DNA of 64,000 nt, taken from the NCBI RefSeq assembly GCF_009914755.1, contig NC_060938.1. The stretch is one strand, 5' to 3'. The notes beneath the pieces were generated by a model. The model did no database searches and had not been told where the DNA came from. It was given only the letters and a program-made list of their open reading frames with translations. A program made the translations under genes and the position numbers. This document shows, one piece after another, positions 1 to 64,000 of the stretch; the stretch's first letter is position 1, and each line of letters starts with the position of its first letter. The DNA comes from the human T2T-CHM13v2.0 reference genome, Homo sapiens.

Positions 1-537
1 AAGCAACAAGTGTCATAATACTTGTAAGTTAAAACCTTAAAGTAGTACTTAAATAGTTGCTGTCATTATGTTGATGAGAATAGCATTAAGTAACATTTCC
101 AAATCTCCTCTCAGTACTTTCAAACTGCACAATCCTGTGGATAACATCCAATCTATAGCATTGTTGGTTTTTATACTTATTTCTTGGTTTAAGTGGTATA
201 ATTATTTTGTGGTTTTCTTGTAGAAATAAAAGAATGACCATTTAGGTTTACTTTTAGTTTACTTGATTTGTTGCTTTGGGTAAAAATCATTCACATCCAG
301 TTGATGCTCAGTGTTGTGAAGAACTATGCTTTGGTTAAAAATTTCTCTGTCTTACCCTGTACCTTCTATTAGTAGTACCAATTTGCTGTGTGTAAGTACT
401 TTTTTCAAACCTCTTTGATGCTTCTTGGACTTACTAGAATTTAGTGTTGGTTCACAGTGGTGCTATTATTCTGAACTACATATTTTTAGGAAGCTTAGTT
501 GTGGCTACTGATAGTTGTTAAATTTTAAAAACTAAGT

Positions 538-834
<297 letters not shown>

Positions 835-1269
835 CTAAGCTTAATGTTAACTCTTAGAGATTAAGTAAATACATCTTTGCTTTATCAAACTAAGACCTGA
901 TAAAAATTACAGGTGTGTGTAGAATCACCGGAAAATATATGATGCATATTCAGATATTTATATTGCACCTTATATTTTAACTCACTATAAAGGTTGTACT
1001 CACGTTACTTATGAAGCTTTACTGATAAAATGCGCATGCTCTATAGAAGGATTACTTTTCAGGTTTTCTCATTTTGGGTTTCTTTATCCCAGAGTAGTTA
1101 TTCAATTATGAATAGCAACCTTTGTCCTCTACATGAGTAGCGTTTTAGTGTTTCTAAAAACTAGTCACTGCTAAGCATTCTCTATGGTGATTTTCTGTGT
1201 TGGATAATTACAGAAGAAATTGTATAATTCTTGTTCTCAAAGAGCTTTAGAATCTTAATTGCATATAAT

Positions 1270-1430
1270 TGAGGTATCAAGCATTAGTGGACATAAGAAT
1301 CACTTGGTGCTTGCTTAGAAAAATGAGGATTTGAGGACCCCAAGCCTCTCCAATTAGTAGGCCTGGGGATGGCAGTACAAGAATGTTTTAATAAGCATGT
1401 CAGTGATTCTGATGCAGGTAGTTCACACTT
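1270..1430. mobile_element. Degraded MER5A-like hAT-Charlie fragment
   Basis: gaatcacttgg...agtaggcctgggg...ttttaataagc...gtgattctgatgcagg resembles MER5A. Confidence 0.55.
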
Positions 1431-2119
1431 ATAAAAACAGGGAAAAACAGATTTATTTGGGAGAAAAATTCAAAATATTAAAGATTTTTGCACTTACGTG
1501 CATGAAGGAAATTCATAAAAAGATTTTGAAAGGCACTGTTCCATTCAGAAAACTCAAGATAGCACTGCTCTAAAGAACGTTTAGATATTGAAGGAAGTGG
1601 ATCACATAAAGAATGATCAGAGTATAATGACCTGAGTTACCAGTTGGTTTAAAAAAAACAGTACAATGAAATGTAAAACCTCTTGGGTCATGAACATCCT
1701 GTATTTTTCTTTCAGTGAGTACCTACTACCTACCTATTAGGTGTAATTGCTCTTTTCTGGAATTTTTTTTGATTTCTAGTTCCTAGCAAAGTATTACATG
1801 GGTATAGTCAGAAAATTATTCAGAGTGTTTATGACGTGTGTTACCTTTTTTGGTTTCATGAGATACCAGAAATTATGTCAGATTATTAAAAATAAAACAA
1901 GAGGATACCACATTGCTGGTTTGGATCAAATAGGAGTTATGATCATTAGTGATCTAAAGTTATCATTAGAGTCAGTGATATTAACTTCTTCTTGCATAAT
2001 ACAGGTATCAATTTCCCTTCTGTTAAACATGATTAACCAATTTTGAAAGAGATTATGGATATAGTATGACTCAGTTTTTAAAAAATCTGGTAATATCTTA
2101 CCCTCTAATGGTTTATTTC

Positions 2120-2286
2120 TTGTTTGTTTGTTCGTTTTAGAGACAGGATCTTGCTCTGTTGCCCAGGCTTTTGTTCAGTAGCACTATTGTAGCTTCCTGC
2201 AGCCCTGAATTCCTGGGCTCAAGCAGTCTTACCGCCTTAGCCTCCCAAAGTGTTGGGATTACAGGCATGAGCCACTGCTCTCAGCT
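2120..2286 (-). mobile_element. Old Alu monomer/partial (FRAM/AluJ-like)
   Basis: gagacaggatcttgctctgttgcccagg...ctcccaaagtgttgggattacagg. Confidence 0.8.
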
Positions 2287-3309
2287 TCCCCTTTAATGTT
2301 GAATAGTAAACAGCACCAACTCAAGGGGATTTTTTTGTTTCTGTTTTTTGAGCAATAGAAATATTTCCTCTTCCTACCATTCCTACCATAGTTTACTCAT
2401 TGATAGTTGTTATCCTTGCCATTAAAGATAAGGAATCTGTAATATGTGGAAGTGTGTTATCTGTTCAGTCATTCAAAAGGTGTTAAAATTGGGATTAGAA
2501 TTCATACCTCTATCCAGCCCAAATCTCTAGTTATGTTTTTTAAAAAAGGAATTAATATGTCCAGTTAAATGTTACCACTAACTCCTGGTAAATACAACTG
2601 TCAGTAAGACATTTTGAAGGTACTCTCTGTTTTGCCTTTTTGTAATATAAAAACATATACTTGAAAAGTAAGGAAAAGTTAAAGGATAGAAATTTCAGTA
2701 ATTCTAGTAATTAACTTTGAAAATGTACACACACAGATCATTTATCAAGTTTAGCACTAAAATCTATCATCTGTATTAATGTTTTTGTAACAAGAAGTGC
2801 TTAAGATTCAGATTATTTTGTACCTTGTAGTTACTGTTTTGAACATCGGTTATATCAGATTTTGTGTAAGTTCTAGTTAATATTGAGTAGAGGAGGTTTA
2901 GATTCAACTGGTGAATTAATTAAATTTTGTAGAATGTCCTGCAGGTTTATAAGGTTTTTAATGTAGTCAGACTCGCTTATGACAAATGTTATAATCAAAA
3001 TCAACCACAAAATGTTTTCAAACCCAGGTGGCTCTTCTACTGACTAGAAGATAATTCATTAAGAAATAAAGTAGTAAACAAAAAAAAGTGTTTAATCCTA
3101 TCATAGGCTTTAACTCATTTTTTAAATGGCCTTCCCTAAGACTTAGTATTCCCATGATATTTTCTTAATGTAATTATGTATTTGAGTGTTAATTTCTTAA
3201 ATTTTCAGATTCCTGGAGTTTTTTTTTGTTTTTTTTTGTTTTTTTGTTTTTACCTTAGCTGCTGAGGGACTTCTATAGTTATCACAGTTGATTCTATGAA
3301 TAACAGAAC

Positions 3310-5520
<2,211 letters not shown>

Positions 5521-6151
5521 GAAATAAATAATTTTTTTTTAAAAAAACTACTGGCCTTACCTAGGGCATCCGTATGTTTTAAATTTTAAAATGTTTGCTT
5601 CATTATGTGAAGAATTCTATAATTTTGTTAATCATAACTGCTGTACATGGATATAACAATAATGATACTTAATTTTCCAAAGTCAGAATTCATGACTTCT
5701 TTCTTAGACTTCATTTTATACTTCTGTTTCATGCCTATTATGTCTTTTGATATCCCCTTAACTAAATTGTAGCTCATCAGTTAACTTTCTGATTCTGTTT
5801 CTTTACCTATAAAAGGAGGATAATGGTTCCTACTTTGTAGAGGCTGTTGTGAGGATTAGGACATGGTAGAAGCTTAATAAGTGATAGCCAATTATATTTA
5901 TAGACAGATAAAATTAATTTACTGTTATTATTTTACTATCTTTCAGTATCAGTGCTGTGATAACAGGGAAATGGGTCTTTGTATTTAGTAGTTGATCAGA
6001 TCCTTTTATTTGAATTCTAGCTGATTAGGGTTAGGATTTGTGTGTTTGTTTGCATTGGCATTACTTTGTCTAATGTGTTTAGTATGGTTGGTGTTACTGT
6101 GAAAGTCTCAGCTTTGTCATTTTCCTCTTAATAGATTTTAATATTTTAATC

Positions 6152-7053
6152 CCTATTAGGATTCTCTAGAGAGAACCAATAAGATATAGATAGATGATAG
6201 ATAGACAGATTGATACAAGAGGGGATTTCTGAGAGCAGTGGTCCCCAGCCTTTTTAGCACCAGGGACCGGTTTCGTGAGAGACAATTTTTCCATGGATGG
6301 AAGTGCTGGGGGATGGTTTCGGGATGAAACTCTTCCTCTTTAGATCATCAGGCATTAGCATCTCATAAGGAATGCACAACCTATTGGTAGATCCCTCGCT
6401 TGTGCAGTTCACAAGCATTTGCGCTCCTATGAGAATCTAATGCCACTGCTGATCTGATAGGAGGTGGAGCTCAGGTGGTAATGCTTGCTTGCCCACCGCT
6501 AACCTGCTGTCCGGTCCGGTTACCAACAGGCCATGGACTGGTACAGGTTTGTGACCTGGGGGTTGCAGACCCCAGTATTAGAGAAATTTGCTCATCATAC
6601 TATGAGGACTGAGAATGACCATGACAGGTTCTCTGTAAGCTGGAGACCTGAGATGCCAATAGCTAGGCTCTATCCAAGTCAGAAAGCCTTAGAACCAGGG
6701 AAGCTGAGGATATAATTCTTAGTCCCAGGCCAAAGCCTTGAGAAGATCTGAGGGACTGCTGGTATAAGGTGCAGAGTCCCATAGCCAAAGAGCCTGGAGT
6801 TCTGATGTCCAAGGGCAGAAGGAGAAGAGTGTCCCAGCTCCAGGAGAGAGAGGAAATCCCTTTCTCTCATTTTTTGTTCTGTCTGGGCCTCCGGCCAATT
6901 GGATGGTACTTGCCCACAGTGAGAGTGAATCTTCCCCACCTGGTTCACTGGCACATGTGCCAGTTTCCTCTGGCACACCCAGAAGTAATTGCTTTACCAC
7001 TTCTCTAGGTATTCCTTAATTCAGTCAAGTTCACATCTAAAATTAACTGTCAA
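6152..7053 (-). mobile_element. MLT2-family (ERVL) solo LTR, interrupted by MER1B
   Basis: tattaggattctctagagagaaccaataag...ctgtaagctggagacc...tcaagttcacatctaaaattaac matches reverse MLT2 LTR ends. Confidence 0.75.
6236..6575 (+). mobile_element. MER1B (hAT-Charlie) nested in the LTR
   Basis: cagtggtccccagcctttttagcaccagggaccggtttcgtg...ggggttgcagaccccag termini; 8-bp TSD-like tctgagag/tattagag. Confidence 0.85.
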
Positions 7054-7447
7054 AATACCTAACATAGTAACAGAGATACCACTTTTGGTTATATGTATGT
7101 TCTGCTAGACTCAATGAACAATCTATTCAAAAGCCATTTTTGGAAAATATAAGACATTTCATAGAATTATTAAATCCTTGTAGTCTGACTTTTTTTCCTC
7201 TTAGCATGCTATAGAAGACTGAACTAAAAAGAAGCTAGACTTGCTATATACAACATTAATTATTTCACTCTTACAAAAATTATACTCTTCAGTGCCTACA
7301 AATGTTATGTTCTTTTAGATGAGAGCTCTAAGATGGAAGTTAAGAGAGGAACTTTCTTTTAGATGGAGCTTCTTCATGGTTTTGATCATCAGGGATGTCA
7401 TGATTGATAAGTTCATAATGTTGTTGGTTTTATAAAAAACATAGAAA

Positions 7448-8140
<693 letters not shown>

Positions 8141-9578
8141 TCTTAAATTATTTCTTTTTGTTCACTTAAGGTTGGGAGGGTTCCTATATAAAACTGTAAA
8201 ATAGTTGTTTGTATCATAATCCCCTTTTGAGCAATCTCTTTTTTTAAAAAAAAATTTCTATCCATGATAAGGTATATTTAAGTGAAATGAATTTTTCCTT
8301 CCAAAAATCTGATTTTATTTCAAAGTGATTATTGAAATTTTTGAATTGTTGAAATTCAAAAATTGCTGAAATATTTTGTTTAAAATGTTGAAATTGTTGA
8401 AATTTTTCATCAGAACATTTTGGTTTAGGGCTGCCATTGATTAATGATAAAACATTATAGAAAATATTTTGTTATATAAATTTTGGAGTGTTGGTCTTAC
8501 ATTCACATTTTCCTTTTTCATACCTCCATTTAAATGTGTGTGTGTGTCTAGTATCGTCATCTTTGGTATTGTAGGCATTAAGAAAAGTTGAAAACCTTTC
8601 AGGTTTTATTCTTTTTGAAATCTTATACTTACAGATACTAATACTAACAAGAATTATATTGTTTGGTTTGTGATAATTTAATGATTTAAAAACTTTAAGA
8701 GAACAGTGGTTAATTTTTTAGACTTGACACTATATGAATCATAGTTTTTATATCAAATATTTAGCACCCTATTACTCAAGTGCAGATCAGTGATGTAATC
8801 ATTGGAGGATGTTGTGTTTTAACCTGTCATTGTGCCTGCAGCTAGTCATTAATTTCTGGATCATTGACTGTGTATAGCACAGCTGCTTTTTTAGAATCAT
8901 GGTTCTTTGAGTATGTGCTTCGGGAGTTTTTAATTTTTTCCACATTGTCTCCTGCATGTAAAAGAATCTAAGCTAGGTATCTGTAGTCTAAGAGGGAGAA
9001 CTGATTGAAGTAAATAAATATTTAACATGTTGAAAGCTTTTATATAATTTTCTTTCAAAAAACTTATTCATTAAAGGTAAGCGTAGGATTTGAAGGCAAA
9101 GTGTTTGCTAATAAAACAACCTTTTCAGAAAATAATTCAGGATTATAATTTCATAGGTAACCAATTAAAAAATTCTAAGATATCAAATGAATGTAATGTA
9201 GAATTTCTTTTTGTTAACACTGACTTATTCTGTTAGAATGGAAAAAAGTATCTAGAATTGTGAAAATTAGTACTAAATCTTGATAATTGTTTTTGGGTAC
9301 ATATGTATGCTTTCTTGTTAAGTGAATATGGATGTTAAGTATCTGAAGTAAAGATTATATCTTATTTTATTCATAACCTGGGGCAATGAGGTACCTTCTG
9401 AGAGCATTTTCTTTTTAATAAACTATAAATGTTGGATGCTAAAATCAGAATACAGTCTCAAAAGTTAAACCTATACAATTATCAAAATAATATATTGTTA
9501 GTGATTAGGAGAATATTAGGGATAAATTGTAAAATTCCTTACCCCATTTCCTTGAAATGTTTAAATATAGTCAAGTAG

Positions 9579-10993
<1,415 letters not shown>

Positions 10994-11550
10994 GTTTTTT
11001 TAAACAGACTACTTACATCCTTTTCTAACAAAAGAAAGAACTTGTATCTTATGACTTTAGAATTTGGCAGCCGGTACATGTGTAGTAGGTTATCATGCAA
11101 ATAAATAGAAGCAGTAGAATAATTCAATAGCAATACCAGGAGTCAGTTTCTGGAAGTTAGGGGTACTCTAATATTAAACTTTTGTGGAAAAATCCATAAT
11201 ACTTTTTTTAATCAGGTTTTTGTTCATTCTTCTAGGATTGCAGTTAATTTAATATTTATGCTTTGACTAGGTTGCTAATGAGTTAAGAAGGTGGTTCTGT
11301 AGTGATAGAAATCAAAAAAGCAGATGGAAATACTTAAGCAGTCGTGGGCAGCCATTTAACCTGTGTTTTTGGTATCTGTAGAATGAAAAATATGGCATGG
11401 TATGCTCATTGTAAAGGTTTTGAAAAATGACTAAAATAATGGTTCTTACAAATATTAAGCTCTAATTAATAGCAATAATAGCATTCTGTGCTTTTAAGTT
11501 TTTATTTCATTAGTGTGCATAAATTCTCTGTTATCTTTTGCTTATTATAG

Positions 11551-60048
<48,498 letters not shown>

Positions 60049-60699
60049 GTAATTTTATTATGATTTTTCTCCCCTTATATTTCAAAACTATATCCTATCA
60101 TTTTAGAAGATTTAAATTTGATACTCTTTGAATATAGTACACATTCATTAATTGCTGTTTTTAAATTCCTAGTGTTTTCTATTGTTGAAATGAGTAGGTC
60201 AGCAACTGAGTTAATCAGAATGACACCCTTAAAAGGGAGTATGAACTGTTTTCCAAAATGGGTGATTGTACTAAATGTGATGGATTCTCAGGTAGAGCAT
60301 AGTCCTTCTGAAATTCACTCTTTGCTCAAACATTTATTGGCATCTATTAACAGGCACTGTATTTGTTATGGGGTTCACCAAAATGAATGAGACATAAGGC
60401 TTATTCTCAAGGAGATTATCTTGTTGGGATTATAAATCATTTCCTAAGCAACTAAAATATAAGATAGTGCAGCTCAGCAACTTTAAAGAGCACATGCCAT
60501 GTGCCAGGCACTCTGCCAGGTGGCGGAAGTACAGAAATGAGTTAGATACAGACTTTCTTCTCAAAGATCTTAACATCTAGTGGAACAGTGTGTACCCTGA
60601 GAATGATATTAACGAGTACAAGAGTTAGTGGAAGGAGAGGTTACTTTGGAGTAGTCAGAGAGAGGGAGTAGTGTCTGAGCTAGCCCTTCGGGGGTTGTA

Positions 60700-63050
<2,351 letters not shown>

Positions 63051-63295
63051 GTCATGTGTGGCCTTGACCATTGTGCTCCAAGTCCAGCAGTTTTTAATTC
63101 CTAGAAATAGGAACAGGATGGAGCAAATGGAAAGAGATCAGACTTCTCATGTTCATCCTTTTCTTTTAAAAACTGTAAATAGCAAGAAGTCTTTACAGAA
63201 CTTTTGAATATCAAAAGAAGAAAAGAACAAATTAGCAAATTAAAATTTCTTCAAAGAACCCACCACTTGCTCTGGGGTCAGTTTCCTAAAGGTGA

Positions 63296-63930
<635 letters not shown>

Positions 63931-64000
63931 TTATTATAGTCTTTTCCCCATTTTTATTTGCTTATGTTTTTATAATGAGTTATTAAATTGAGATTTGAGT

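Overview
Human (primate) genomic DNA, AT-rich and Alu-dense, lying entirely inside the ARID4A (RBBP1/RBP1) gene on the + strand. I can reconstruct 18 consecutive GT-AG coding exons (11551-60048; probably exons 6-23 of 24, numbering from memory). They splice in one continuous frame through the end of the Tudor domain, the PWWP/RBB1NT domain, the ARID, the chromobarrel, the LxCxE Rb-binding motif and the C-terminal R2 (SAP30/Sin3) region. The start and stop codons lie outside the window. Introns hold about 45 Alu copies or fragments, L1/L2/MIR remnants, MLT2 and MST LTRs, several DNA transposon relics (MER1B, MER3, MER30, MER44A, MER47, Tigger4) and an antisense Y4 RNA pseudogene. Most of the supplied ORFs are Alu/L1 artefacts. 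The most interesting unexplained signals are: (1) an Alu-free segment of the 14.5-kb intron (about 24.1-25.7 kb) with perfect RFX and NFI palindromes and two poison-exon-like units; (2) an in-frame 60-nt extension of exon 19; (3) a BRG1-like AT-hook next to the chromobarrel; (4) a zero-spacer tail-to-tail inverted Alu pair; (5) a dispersed ~90-bp unique duplication; (6) exons that start with donor-like motifs. I found no evidence of a wholly new biological system; the candidates are regulatory or splicing hypotheses.
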